A stretch of DNA of 59,061 bases from a virus (taxonomy: Duplodnaviria; Caudoviricetes), in IMG/VR virus record IMGVR_UViG_3300045284_000289, positions 1-59,061 of that record; one strand, written 5' to 3'. How positions within the stretch are numbered: the stretch's first letter is position 1; each line of letters begins with the position of its first letter. Made by a program: the position numbers and the translations under genes. Below the pieces are notes generated by a model, which saw only the letters and a program-made list of their open reading frames with translations, made no database searches and was not told where the DNA came from. Shown one piece after another: positions 8,261-16,728 of the stretch.

Positions 8261-8755
8261 CTACAGCCCCACCAGCGCTGCCTCACGCAACGTCGCACGC
8301 TTACGGTCCAGCATCTCCGCCGCGTAGCCCCGCCACGTCGGGCCACCGTCACGGCCCACCTCGTGGGCCCACATCGCGTGCCGGTGCACGTACTCGTAGG
8401 TCAGCTCGGCCTGCACCCACTGCGACTCGGCCGGCTCCCCGGTCTCCGGCAGGCCGTAGTGGCGCAGCATCCGACGGGCGTCCGCCGCTTCCGTGCGCAG
8501 CTTCTGCGTGGCCCACCGGGCGGACTGGAGGATCTCCCGGCCGCCGCCCTTGACCCGCATACCGCGGGCGGTCAGCGCGCGGGCGGCGCATGTGGACCCG
8601 TAGTAGGTGATCTCCTCCTCGTTGCCGTCGACGTCCAGGATGGCTAGGACCACGGTCGCCCTCAGGTCCGCCTTGCCGCACTTCTGGCACTCAACGCACT
8701 CGTCGGTGGTGCCGACGTACCGGAAGGTGGGGGCGGTGGTCGTGGGGGTGGCCAT
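8261..8755 (-). CDS. Zn-binding phage protein
   Basis: GTTDECVECQKCGK...YYGSTCAAR. Confidence 0.75.
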   Translation of the reverse strand: MATPTTTAPTFRYVGTTDECVECQKCGKADLRATVVLAILDVDGNEEEITYYGSTCAARALTARGMRVKGGGREILQSARWATQKLRTEAADARRMLRHYGLPETGEPAESQWVQAELTYEYVHRHAMWAHEVGRDGGPTWRGYAAEMLDRKRATLREAALVGL

Positions 8756-8824
8756 GGGGTTCTCCGGTGGTGAGGTGGGGTGAGGGGAGGGGGTGGCCCC
8801 CCGGTTGCCCGGGGGGCCGGTCGG

Positions 8825-9019
8825 CTAGCGCCAGACGCTGACCGGGCGGGTGGAGGACCGCCAGGGGGACCAGCCGCCGCCCTGGTAGAGGTAGGCCCGG
8901 GTCTCGTCGGTGGCGGTGTTGTGCTCGACCTCGGTGACCATGTAGCCGTCCAGGATGTTGCCGATCTGGATCTCGCCCCAGGTGATGGCGGTCTTGGCGA
9001 GGTGGGCGGTGAGGTTCAT
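8825..9019 (-). CDS. Hypothetical protein
   Basis: GAGAGG RBS; first gene after promoter element 3. Confidence 0.6.
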   Translation of the reverse strand: MNLTAHLAKTAITWGEIQIGNILDGYMVTEVEHNTATDETRAYLYQGGGWSPWRSSTRPVSVWR

Positions 9020-9034
9020 CGGGGGGCCTCTCTC

Positions 9035-9118
9035 TTGGTGTGCCCCAAGTCTAGCACAGTGGGGCACACTGGGGCGCAAGACCACCCGATTGGAGTAACT
9101 TGCCCCCATATGGGGCTC
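9035..9118 (-). promoter_or_regulatory. Repeated promoter/operator element, copy 3, in the divergent region with the RHH gene
   Basis: GTGCCCCA 9040-9047, TGGGGCAC 9060-9067, TGGGGCGC 9070-9077, minus-strand TAGACT -10. Confidence 0.7.
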
Positions 9119-9147
9119 GACGACGCTCAACATGGTACATTGTGCCC

Positions 9148-9378
9148 ATGCCAAGACGACCCACCCCCAAGCCCGAGCCCGAGCTTGAATCCAAGCCCGA
9201 TCCCAATGACACCCGGCTCAACGTCCGCCTGGACCAGGGCCCCGGCCGACTGTTCCGCGAAGCCGCCGAAGCACTCGGCATCGACAAGACCGCACTCACC
9301 CGCATGATCGTCACCAGCTACAACACCGGCGCCCCCATGCCACGCAATCCACTGCTCACCACCACCCAGGAGCGGTAA
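9148..9378 (+). CDS. Ribbon-helix-helix transcriptional regulator, probably leaderless
   Basis: RLNVRLDQGPGRLFREAAEALGIDKTALTRMIV; TACATT -10 six nt before the ATG. Confidence 0.7.
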   Translation: MPRRPTPKPEPELESKPDPNDTRLNVRLDQGPGRLFREAAEALGIDKTALTRMIVTSYNTGAPMPRNPLLTTTQER

Positions 9379-9383
9379 CAGCC

Positions 9384-9614
9384 GTGACCGCGTCCACCCC
9401 CACGCGCACCGTCCGCCTGTGGGTCACCACGAACGGCGACGACCTCCTCACCGTCACCCCCACCACCACCGGCGTCCAGAAAACCCCCGCCGCCCTGCTC
9501 ACCCTCCACGGCGACGACGGCCTGAAGATCGAGGCAGTGGTGTCACGGTCAGAGGTGATCCGGCTCCGCGCCCGCCTGGCCCGCTGGCTACGAGAGGAAG
9601 CACCCCATGCCTGA
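9384..9614 (+). CDS. Hypothetical protein
   Basis: AGGAG RBS; operon position. Confidence 0.6.
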   Translation: MTASTPTRTVRLWVTTNGDDLLTVTPTTTGVQKTPAALLTLHGDDGLKIEAVVSRSEVIRLRARLARWLREEAPHA

Positions 9615-9801
9615 CCACCTGTCCCCGACCCCTGACCTACCCCTGACGGCGCACGAGGCACTCGACAGGGAGTTCGACGCCATGCGCGGCGTGGTAGCGG
9701 CGGTACGCCCGCTCACCCCCGCCGCGCGGGAACGCGTGCTGCACTGGGCGTTGGACACCTCCCGCGCCAACGAACAGTCCACTGTGAACGGTCGGGAGTG
9801 A
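9607..9801 (+). CDS. Small helical protein
   Basis: GAGGA RBS; shares a domain with the N-half of 10050-10535. Confidence 0.65.
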   Translation: MPDHLSPTPDLPLTAHEALDREFDAMRGVVAAVRPLTPAARERVLHWALDTSRANEQSTVNGRE

Positions 9802-9808
9802 CGGACCT

Positions 9809-9973
9809 GTGCCCACCTTTCCGTGCGGGCACGGCTATCCCGACCGCCTAGACTGTCCCCTCTGCGCCCCTTGGCAGGTCACCCGATGCCTAGTGCAGCT
9901 CCCACCCGGTCGCACCGACCCGCTGCTGTTCGCCGAGATCCTGTTCGTCCCTGCGCTACAGGTAGCAGCGTGA
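9809..9973 (+). CDS. Small Zn-finger protein, not in the ORF track
   Basis: Manual translation VPTFPCGHGYPDRLDCPLCAPW...; TGATG-coupled to a 26-aa CPH..CxxC ORF at 9973-10053. Confidence 0.5.
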   Translation: MPTFPCGHGYPDRLDCPLCAPWQVTRCLVQLPPGRTDPLLFAEILFVPALQVAA

Positions 9974-10049
9974 TGCCGGCGCCCTGCCCGCACAACAATG
10001 ACCCGTTGACCTGCCTGATCTGCAACACCCACCACCACCAGGAGCCCCG

Positions 10050-10535
10050 ATGACCACCCCGTACAGCGAACCGTGGGAAGGCAAGACCCGTGCCCTCACC
10101 CCGGACTCGTCCACCCCCGCCAACTTCGGCGCCCCGCCGGTCAAGGACGTCCTGGACCAGGAGCTGGCCGCCATGCGCACGATCGACGTGACCCTGTCCA
10201 GGCTCGACCGGAGCGCACGCACCCGCGTGGTGACGTGGGCCTCCGCGCGGGTGGCCGCCCTGAACACGGGCCTGGCGAAACCGTCGACCCCCGCCGGCGA
10301 CACCCCGTGGCCCACCCACACCGTTGACGACATCGAGCCGTTGTCCCGCGACGAGACCGACGGCCTCGGCCCCGACTACGAGTGGCCCACCGTGTCCGTC
10401 TACCTCGGCCTGGTCGCCCCGATCCGCGACAGCGACGGCGACGAGTACACCGTCGCTCTGGCCCGGAAGTTCGCGGCTGAGTTGCTGTCCGCCGCTCACC
10501 GTGTCGAAACCCACGACCAGAAGCTGGCCCCGTGA
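10050..10535 (+). CDS. Two-domain hypothetical protein
   Basis: AGGAG RBS; domains shared with both neighbours. Confidence 0.7.
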   Translation: MTTPYSEPWEGKTRALTPDSSTPANFGAPPVKDVLDQELAAMRTIDVTLSRLDRSARTRVVTWASARVAALNTGLAKPSTPAGDTPWPTHTVDDIEPLSRDETDGLGPDYEWPTVSVYLGLVAPIRDSDGDEYTVALARKFAAELLSAAHRVETHDQKLAP

Positions 10536-10933
10536 CTGAACCTGACCTGGCCACCGTGCGGCAGCGCCTGGCCGCCGTGTCCGAGCCCAACGGACTCACC
10601 ACCGATCAGCGTAACCTTGTCGCGCTCTATGGCATCGCGGACGCGCTGCTGCTCCTACTCCCACCCGGCCCGCTCCCAGACAAGCACACCGTGGACGACA
10701 ATGCGCCGTACTACGGGACCGAGAGGACACCCGACGGCCGCGAATGGACGTGGCGCTGGGACTACGTGCGCGTCATGATGGACAACCCCGGGGACGAACC
10801 CGGCGACCAACGACCGATCCGGCTCGACACCGACGCGTGCCAATGGATGTCGGTAGGGGAAGCGGTAGGTATCGCGGCCGAGTTGCTGTCGGCTGCTGCA
10901 CGGGCCCGCGCAGCACAGACCGAAGGAACCTGA
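10532..10933 (+). CDS. Hypothetical protein
   Basis: GTGA coupling; HTVDD...AAELLSAA. Confidence 0.7.
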   Translation: MTEPDLATVRQRLAAVSEPNGLTTDQRNLVALYGIADALLLLLPPGPLPDKHTVDDNAPYYGTERTPDGREWTWRWDYVRVMMDNPGDEPGDQRPIRLDTDACQWMSVGEAVGIAAELLSAAARARAAQTEGT

Positions 10934-11076
10934 TGTGCCAGCGGGAAACCTGTGGTGACAGGAAGAACACGAACCGGTGGTGCGCGGCGTGTATCAGCCA
11001 CATCACCGAGGTTTCGTTAAAGGTCCACTTCGAACGCAACCACCCCGACCCCCGCATCCCCCGCCCGGTCGGCTAA
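10933..11076 (+). CDS. Small Cys-rich protein
   Basis: TGATG coupling; MCQRETC...WCAAC. Confidence 0.5.
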   Translation: MCQRETCGDRKNTNRWCAACISHITEVSLKVHFERNHPDPRIPRPVG

Positions 11077-11105
11077 AACCCCACCCGTGGAAGGAAAACG
11101 TTGAC

Positions 11106-11900
11106 GTGGAACTGTTCCGCATGAACCGGGCCCGATGGCGGATGGCCGCCGGGTTCCTGGCCACCTACACCATCGCCTACGGTCTACCCGCCGCCGGCAT
11201 GCACTGGCTACTCCTCGGCACCCCCGCCTGGTGGACCACCCCTGCCGGGCTGATCGGTATCGGAACCGCCGTCATGTTCGCCCCGTTCTACTCCCCGCGT
11301 GACACGCGGTGGTTCCTGGCCCGGTGGCGGGCGGCAGGGGCGGGTGACCCGATGCCGGCGCGGGGCCCGGACCTCCCGAACCCGTGGTGGGTGTCCGGGG
11401 TCCGCCTGACCGCGTTAGCCCTTGTGGTGCTGCTGATACCGGCGTACGCGGTGTCCCTGTGGCTGTACATGGGCGATATGGCGTGGATGCATGGGGTGCC
11501 GTGGTTGACGTTGGTGGTGACGGTCCCGGCCTATGTGTGGCTGGTGGTGCGGTACCGGCAGCGGCAGGCCCGGTTGCGGCGGGAACGGGAGGCGCGCGCG
11601 GCCAGGGTGCCGTTTTCGATCACGTTCGGGCCTGAGGCGCGCATGTTCGTGAACGGCCAGGAGATCGCGGGCCGGGAGATCACGGTGCACGGCCATACGG
11701 ACGTGTTCGAGACGCGGGCCAGGGAACGGCTGTTGGGGTTGCGGGATGTGAGCTTGGACATGTTGGGCACCGTCGACAGCGACGCGGCGGGCGTGTTCGA
11801 GGCGTGGCCGTTGCGGTCACGCGATTCCCAGCCGCCAGCGCCACCAGCCAGCAACGACGACAACAACGACGATGGTGAGAAGGGGAGTGGCCGGTCATGA
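11106..11900 (+). CDS. Four-TM membrane protein
   Basis: Four hydrophobic segments; GGAAGGA RBS. Confidence 0.7.
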   Translation: MELFRMNRARWRMAAGFLATYTIAYGLPAAGMHWLLLGTPAWWTTPAGLIGIGTAVMFAPFYSPRDTRWFLARWRAAGAGDPMPARGPDLPNPWWVSGVRLTALALVVLLIPAYAVSLWLYMGDMAWMHGVPWLTLVVTVPAYVWLVVRYRQRQARLRREREARAARVPFSITFGPEARMFVNGQEIAGREITVHGHTDVFETRARERLLGLRDVSLDMLGTVDSDAAGVFEAWPLRSRDSQPPAPPASNDDNNDDGEKGSGRS

Positions 11901-12289
11901 CAGGCCCGAACACCGAGGACTGGGAGCGGCCCGCCGCGCTGGTCGAAGCCGAACACCGCGCCCGCCTGGAGACAGACCGCGCAGCTGAACTCAAGGGCAT
12001 CGCCACCGCCCGCTGGGAGCCCGCCTACCAGCCCACCGGGCCTGGGAAGCTCCCCGAGCTACTCGTGGGCCTGGACGGGTCCGTGTTGGCCCGGTTCATC
12101 GCGCGGGACCACTTGGCCGACCAGTGGCACGTGCTGCATGCCGGTGTGATGTTGTTGGGAGCGTCCAGGTACCGGTGTGGTCCTGGCACGGTGGTGCCCG
12201 GTGAAATGGTGTTCACCGCACCGGGGGTGCCGTCGTGGCAGGTACCGGTGGCGTGGTCGGTGAGTGACTACCGAGTCGGACGGGGCTAA
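11897..12289 (+). CDS. Hypothetical protein
   Basis: ATGA coupling. Confidence 0.65.
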   Translation: MTGPNTEDWERPAALVEAEHRARLETDRAAELKGIATARWEPAYQPTGPGKLPELLVGLDGSVLARFIARDHLADQWHVLHAGVMLLGASRYRCGPGTVVPGEMVFTAPGVPSWQVPVAWSVSDYRVGRG

Positions 12290-12293
12290 CACC

Positions 12294-12602
12294 GTGACCA
12301 CGCTCGAACTACGGCGCGCGGTGTGCGCCGTGTGTCTGGTCAACCACTCCATCCGACAGGACGGCACGGTCAACCCACACGGCCGGGGCGGTCAACGCTG
12401 CCCCGGCATGGGCCAACCGCCGATGGAGGGGACGATCCGGGTGGTGGGTGTCACGACCCGGGGGCCGTCCCCGCGGGGGAAGTGCCCGGAATGTCGGGTG
12501 GTGTGGCGGTTGCGGGCGAACGGCCGGTTGGGTGCCCATGGCCGGTACGCGGCGGCTGAGCGGTTGGGGGACTGTCCTGGTGTGGGTGGGGTGCCGCTGT
12601 GA
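12294..12602 (+). CDS. Tandem CxxC-RxDG-H-CPG Zn-finger protein (family A)
   Basis: CAVC..RQDGTVNPH..CPGMG and CPEC..RANGRLGAH..CPGVG. Confidence 0.75.
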   Translation: MTTLELRRAVCAVCLVNHSIRQDGTVNPHGRGGQRCPGMGQPPMEGTIRVVGVTTRGPSPRGKCPECRVVWRLRANGRLGAHGRYAAAERLGDCPGVGGVPL

Positions 12603-12632
12603 ACACGACGACCCGGAGGTGACCGCGTGACT

Positions 12633-12797
12633 ATGTCCACAGTGGAGTTCGAGGGTGGCCCGTTGGACGGCACAGTCGTCACCGCGGCTTTCGACCCGTG
12701 GCCGCGGTTCGTGGTGGTCGGTGGCGTGTACCTGTTGGGCGACCGCAGGGACACCGCGCCCGGGGTGTGGCCGCTGGAGTGGCGGCCGGACACATGA
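12633..12797 (+). CDS. Small GGPxDG-motif protein, not in the ORF track
   Basis: MSTVEFEGGPLDGTVV...; same motif as 14913-15266. Confidence 0.6.
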   Translation: MSTVEFEGGPLDGTVVTAAFDPWPRFVVVGGVYLLGDRRDTAPGVWPLEWRPDT

Positions 12798-13204
12798 TCA
12801 TCACTGTTCGTGTCTGCCGTGACTGCCGGAAGGACATGATTTCCGGGTGGTACTGGCGCAAGCACCTGGCGCTGCGTGTCTTGTACAAGTCCTACGCCGC
12901 ATACGGGATGTGCTCGGGGTGTTATCGCGTGGCGCTTCTGCGGGGGTCGCGTGACCCGGTCGTGCGGCAGTCGCGGTTGGTGCCGGCGGGTAACCCGTGT
13001 CGGGGCTGTGGGCGTGGGATGGCGCCGGCCCGGGTGGCGTACGACCTGGGGTTGGCGAAGCGGGGCGGGTATGGCATGTGCATCAGGTGTTACGTGCGGG
13101 CGCGGCGGCGTGGGACGTTGCCGGATCCGGCTCCCGCGCGGGGTGGGTTGGATGAGGTGGAGTTGGCTCGGTTGCGTGCGGCCGTGGGTCTTCCTGGACG
13201 GTGA
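12794..13204 (+). CDS. Double Zn-finger protein (family B)
   Basis: CRDC..GMCSGC, CRGC..GMCIRC, ELARLRA; paralog of 19130-19609. Confidence 0.75.
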   Translation: MIITVRVCRDCRKDMISGWYWRKHLALRVLYKSYAAYGMCSGCYRVALLRGSRDPVVRQSRLVPAGNPCRGCGRGMAPARVAYDLGLAKRGGYGMCIRCYVRARRRGTLPDPAPARGGLDEVELARLRAAVGLPGR

Positions 13205-13215
13205 GAGGTGACGAC

Positions 13216-13737
13216 ATGATCGTGTATTGGCCGTGGGGTTTGACGATCGCGGGTTTGGTCACGGTGACGATATGGATGAACGGTCGTCACTGGCGGCCCG
13301 GGTGGCTGGTCGGTGCCGGCGCCCAGCTGGCCCAGATCGGGTTCGGTGCGGCCACGGGGATCTGGACGTTCTACTTCGCCGCGCTCCCGCTGGGCATGTT
13401 TCTCTGGAACTGGTGGAAACACCCCCAGCGTGAGAAGGCGTTGCGGCGCCGGTACGGCGGGGTGCTGGTCGACGTGGCCGGCACGGATCAGATGATCGTG
13501 ATGTCGCGGGGTGTGCTGGACCGGATGATCGAGTCCGCGCCGCGCGTCCCGGACCCGATCTCCATGCCCATGCGGGGTGAGCCGTGGCTGCTGCCCACAC
13601 CGAGGTTCGGGGACATCCTGAGCCACTTCGGGTCCTACGCCGAGTCGATCGCGGACATGGCCGACAAGGCGGGGAAGGACACGAACCCGCCGGCTGTCCC
13701 GAAGGACACGAGACCGGACGATGACGACCATGGCTGA
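13216..13737 (+). CDS. Membrane protein
   Basis: Three N-terminal hydrophobic helices; GAGG RBS. Confidence 0.7.
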   Translation: MIVYWPWGLTIAGLVTVTIWMNGRHWRPGWLVGAGAQLAQIGFGAATGIWTFYFAALPLGMFLWNWWKHPQREKALRRRYGGVLVDVAGTDQMIVMSRGVLDRMIESAPRVPDPISMPMRGEPWLLPTPRFGDILSHFGSYAESIADMADKAGKDTNPPAVPKDTRPDDDDHG

Positions 13738-13806
13738 GGTTGTCGCGCTCGGCCTGGCCGGGCTGATCATTGTCTGGATAGGACTGTGGCAGAAAGGACA
13801 CCGCCG

Positions 13807-14127
13807 ATGAACCCCTACGTGTTGGACGTTCTCTGGCTGGTCGCGACAGTGGCCAGTGTCGTGCTGTTCATGCGGGGCCGGCTGACGGCCGGGTGGTTCG
13901 CGTGGGGCGTCACGGTCGGCACGCAGGCTGTGTCCGCTGTGCTACAGGATGGCTGGTGGGGTTTGCTGTGGACGGTCCTGCCCATCGGGGTAGGAATACT
14001 CGCGGCCCGGTATATGTGGCGTTCACGCCGTGAACTGGCTGAGTTGAAGGCCCAGTTCCGCGAGAACGAACGACGACGGCACGCCGCCGCGCAGGCCATA
14101 CCCAACCCCAGGGAGGAACAACAGTGA
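13807..14127 (+). CDS. Membrane protein, similar architecture to 13216-13737
   Basis: GAAAGGA RBS; three TM segments with a GW..G..Q motif. Confidence 0.7.
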   Translation: MNPYVLDVLWLVATVASVVLFMRGRLTAGWFAWGVTVGTQAVSAVLQDGWWGLLWTVLPIGVGILAARYMWRSRRELAELKAQFRENERRRHAAAQAIPNPREEQQ

Positions 14128-14456
14128 CCGAGATCGTGAGAATGAGGGGGATCTGCCGCGCGTGCGGGATGCAACGCATGATCCGCAAGGACGGCGGCAT
14201 GGGCACCCACAACGCGTACGTCGACGGGGTCGTGAAGGTCGGCACCCCGTGTGCCGGGGTCGGGGTGGAACCAGCCGAAGGCACAGCGGTGCTGGACCAA
14301 CGGATCGTGCGGCCTGACGCGGTACCGCGTGCCGACTGCCCGGTGTGCGAGAAGTCCGTGGCTGCCCGCGCGGACGGCACCGCCGGTGTACACAGCCGGT
14401 TCCAGGGCACGCAGCGGCTCGGCCGCTGCCCGGGTGTGGGCGGGCCGGTCCGATGA
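14124..14456 (+). CDS. Family A tandem Zn-finger protein
   Basis: CRAC..RKDGGMGTH..CAGVG; CPVC..RADGTAGVH..CPGVG. Confidence 0.75.
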   Translation: MTEIVRMRGICRACGMQRMIRKDGGMGTHNAYVDGVVKVGTPCAGVGVEPAEGTAVLDQRIVRPDAVPRADCPVCEKSVAARADGTAGVHSRFQGTQRLGRCPGVGGPVR

Positions 14457-14610
14457 TCGAGGCAACGTTCTGGATGTACGACAGCTGGGTGGATGCGTTG
14501 GGCCAAGCGAACGCTCTGGCCCGGTCGACCAGTCGCCGTCACAGGGTGTGCCGGGGCGGCCATCTGTGGTTCGTGTACTCGACCAGCAGGCCGGCCCGGC
14601 GGGGTGTCCG

Positions 14611-14916
14611 GTGACCGAGTCGCTCGACCCGCTGTACGAGTTCGCCGCCGGCATAGTGGCCCGCGTATGGGCTGACGAATTGCGCTCGATGGCGCACCTG
14701 GTCCGCGACGCGGCGGCCGCCCAGGACGCGCCGCTCCCACCCCACCACATCCAGTGGTCACGGAACGCGATGCTCGGCCGGGCCCTCATCCGCGGCCCCC
14801 GGTCAGACCGGGTCGGGCTGGCCGACGTGGCCCCGACACACGACCCGGTGGACTGGCTCGAACTTCTCCGCCAGATGCATGATCGGTTTGCGCGGGACGG
14901 CGGCGGCCCGAGATGA
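14611..14916 (+). CDS. Hypothetical protein
   Basis: Coupled to 14453-14614 and 14913. Confidence 0.55.
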   Translation: MTESLDPLYEFAAGIVARVWADELRSMAHLVRDAAAAQDAPLPPHHIQWSRNAMLGRALIRGPRSDRVGLADVAPTHDPVDWLELLRQMHDRFARDGGGPR

Positions 14917-15266
14917 AACGGTTCCAGGCGTTCCACGGCGGCCCGAAAGATGGGCACCTGGAGTACTACCGGGCAGTAGGGCCGTTCCCGGCACAGGTCC
15001 TGACCGTGTTCGCGCCCCCCGCCGCATACTCGCAGGGCGACCCGGACCCTCACGCACCCGCCGGCTACACCACCGGCGTGTACCTCCTCGCTGGCGCGGC
15101 GCAGTCCCAGCGGCACGGCGGGATGGTCGCCACCTACCGGTGGCAGCGCCAGCGACCCGCCGCCCACCGCCCGGCCCGCCCCGACCTCACCGTGGCCGAG
15201 CTGCACCAGCTGACGAAGGCCTTGGCCGACCACCCCGACCTGCACAGGAGAGACCCATGTCCGTGA
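14913..15266 (+). CDS. GGPxDG-motif protein
   Basis: MKRFQAFHGGPKDG. Confidence 0.65.
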   Translation: MKRFQAFHGGPKDGHLEYYRAVGPFPAQVLTVFAPPAAYSQGDPDPHAPAGYTTGVYLLAGAAQSQRHGGMVATYRWQRQRPAAHRPARPDLTVAELHQLTKALADHPDLHRRDPCP

Positions 15267-15598
15267 CCCGTGGCCGCTGTGCGCGGTGCGACTACATCCG
15301 CAGGACCTGCACCAACGGCACCATGGCCGTACACGCCCCCCGCGTCGACGGGGTCAAGGGCGACGGGGTGTGCCCGGGGTCGCGACGTCCGCCAGCCGCG
15401 GGCCCGGGGCCGTCCGACCGGCGGGCGTCGAAGAACCCGTCGGGCCCGACAGCGCCGTGCCCGGTGTGCCTGGTCCCGACGGTCACACGTCAGGACGGGA
15501 CGATGCGGGCGCATGGCTGGTCAGCGTCGGACATGGGGGCGCGGTGCCCGGGGTCGGGTGCACTGCCGACGCACCGTTTCCGGGGCGGCAGGCCGTGA
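15257..15598 (+). CDS. Family A tandem Zn-finger protein
   Basis: CARC..TNGTMAVH..CPGS; CPVC..RQDGTMRAH..CPGSG. Confidence 0.75.
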   Translation: MSVTRGRCARCDYIRRTCTNGTMAVHAPRVDGVKGDGVCPGSRRPPAAGPGPSDRRASKNPSGPTAPCPVCLVPTVTRQDGTMRAHGWSASDMGARCPGSGALPTHRFRGGRP

Positions 15599-15802
15599 AC
15601 CGTGACGAAACCTGCGCGCGGTGTGGGCACAGCAGCAACGGATGTGGCCGGTGTCGGCGGATGGACCCGTTCCTGGGCGCCTACATCGGGGGGCGCCCAT
15701 ACTGCCACACGTTCTCGCCCACTGTCCCGTCGTGTTACACATTGGCTGCGCGGGAAGAAACCCACAACCAGAGTGATCAACAGTCGACGAAAGGTGAATG
15801 AC

Positions 15803-15970
15803 GTGTCCGTGAGCGGCTTCTACCGCAACCCACGTGGTCAATGCCCCGCCTGTGACCAGTGGAAAGCGGTGCGCCGGGACGGGACGATAATGAGGCACAG
15901 TGTCGGTGGTCGCCGGTTCCCGTGCCCGGGGTCGCTATATCGACCGAAACAGATCATTCACCCTCAATGA
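15803..15970 (+). CDS. Family A single Zn-finger protein
   Basis: CPAC..RRDGTIMRH..CPGS. Confidence 0.7.
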   Translation: MSVSGFYRNPRGQCPACDQWKAVRRDGTIMRHSVGGRRFPCPGSLYRPKQIIHPQ

Positions 15971-15991
15971 CACCTCGATGGAGGGAACGTC

Positions 15992-16228
15992 ATGCCAGAA
16001 AAGAACAAATGTTCGACCAAAAAGCATTGGTGGGCGTCCGAACCTGACGCGCAAGCCGCGCTTGAGCATATCCGTAAACAACCACCCAGGCCCGGCCAAA
16101 TGTCCTTTCCGACAGCCGTCTATAAATGTCGAATTTGTAGCGGCTGGCATATGACATCAAAAACAATGAAAGCTTGGAAACACGGGAAAAACGGCCGGCC
16201 CACGCGCAATAGGAAACATCTGACATGA
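15992..16228 (+). CDS. Small basic Zn-binding protein in a lower-GC patch
   Basis: C..K..W...YKCRICSGWHMTS; GGAGG RBS. Confidence 0.7.
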   Translation: MPEKNKCSTKKHWWASEPDAQAALEHIRKQPPRPGQMSFPTAVYKCRICSGWHMTSKTMKAWKHGKNGRPTRNRKHLT

Positions 16229-16728
16229 CTGACCGTACATATTCAACCTCTTCTCCTGATCCTGTATCGAGAGAACGGACCGCCACGCTCACCATCACCC
16301 GTGGCCTGCCCGCGTCCGGGAAAACCACGTGGGTGAAAACCCAGATCCGCGACCACCAGGACACCCGGGCACGGATCAGCCGCGACTACCTCCGACTCGG
16401 CATGCACGACGCTGCCCTATTCACCAGCGTCACCGAAGAACACGTGACCCTGGTCGAATACGCGGCGGCGACAGCGCTACTCACCGCCGGGGTGGAGGTC
16501 TACGTGGACGACACCAACCTGGCCGATCTGTACGTCCAGGGGTGGAGTGACCTGGCCCAGTCGCTGTGGGTGCCGTTCCGGGTGCAGGACTTCCGGGATG
16601 TCCCGCTGGAGGTGTGTCTGGACCGTGACCGCCGCCGGTTCTGGACCAGCGGTCACGTGGGTGAACAGGTCATCCGCCGCATGCACGCCCAGTACCTGGC
16701 CGGGGACGTGGCGGTGACCGGTGAGTGA
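16225..16728 (+). CDS. Polynucleotide kinase (AAA_33 / T4 PseT kinase-domain-like)
   Basis: P-loop GLPASGKTTW, RISRDYLR, VDDTNL, VPLEVCLDRD..R; no phosphatase domain. Confidence 0.85.
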   Translation: MTDRTYSTSSPDPVSRERTATLTITRGLPASGKTTWVKTQIRDHQDTRARISRDYLRLGMHDAALFTSVTEEHVTLVEYAAATALLTAGVEVYVDDTNLADLYVQGWSDLAQSLWVPFRVQDFRDVPLEVCLDRDRRRFWTSGHVGEQVIRRMHAQYLAGDVAVTGE

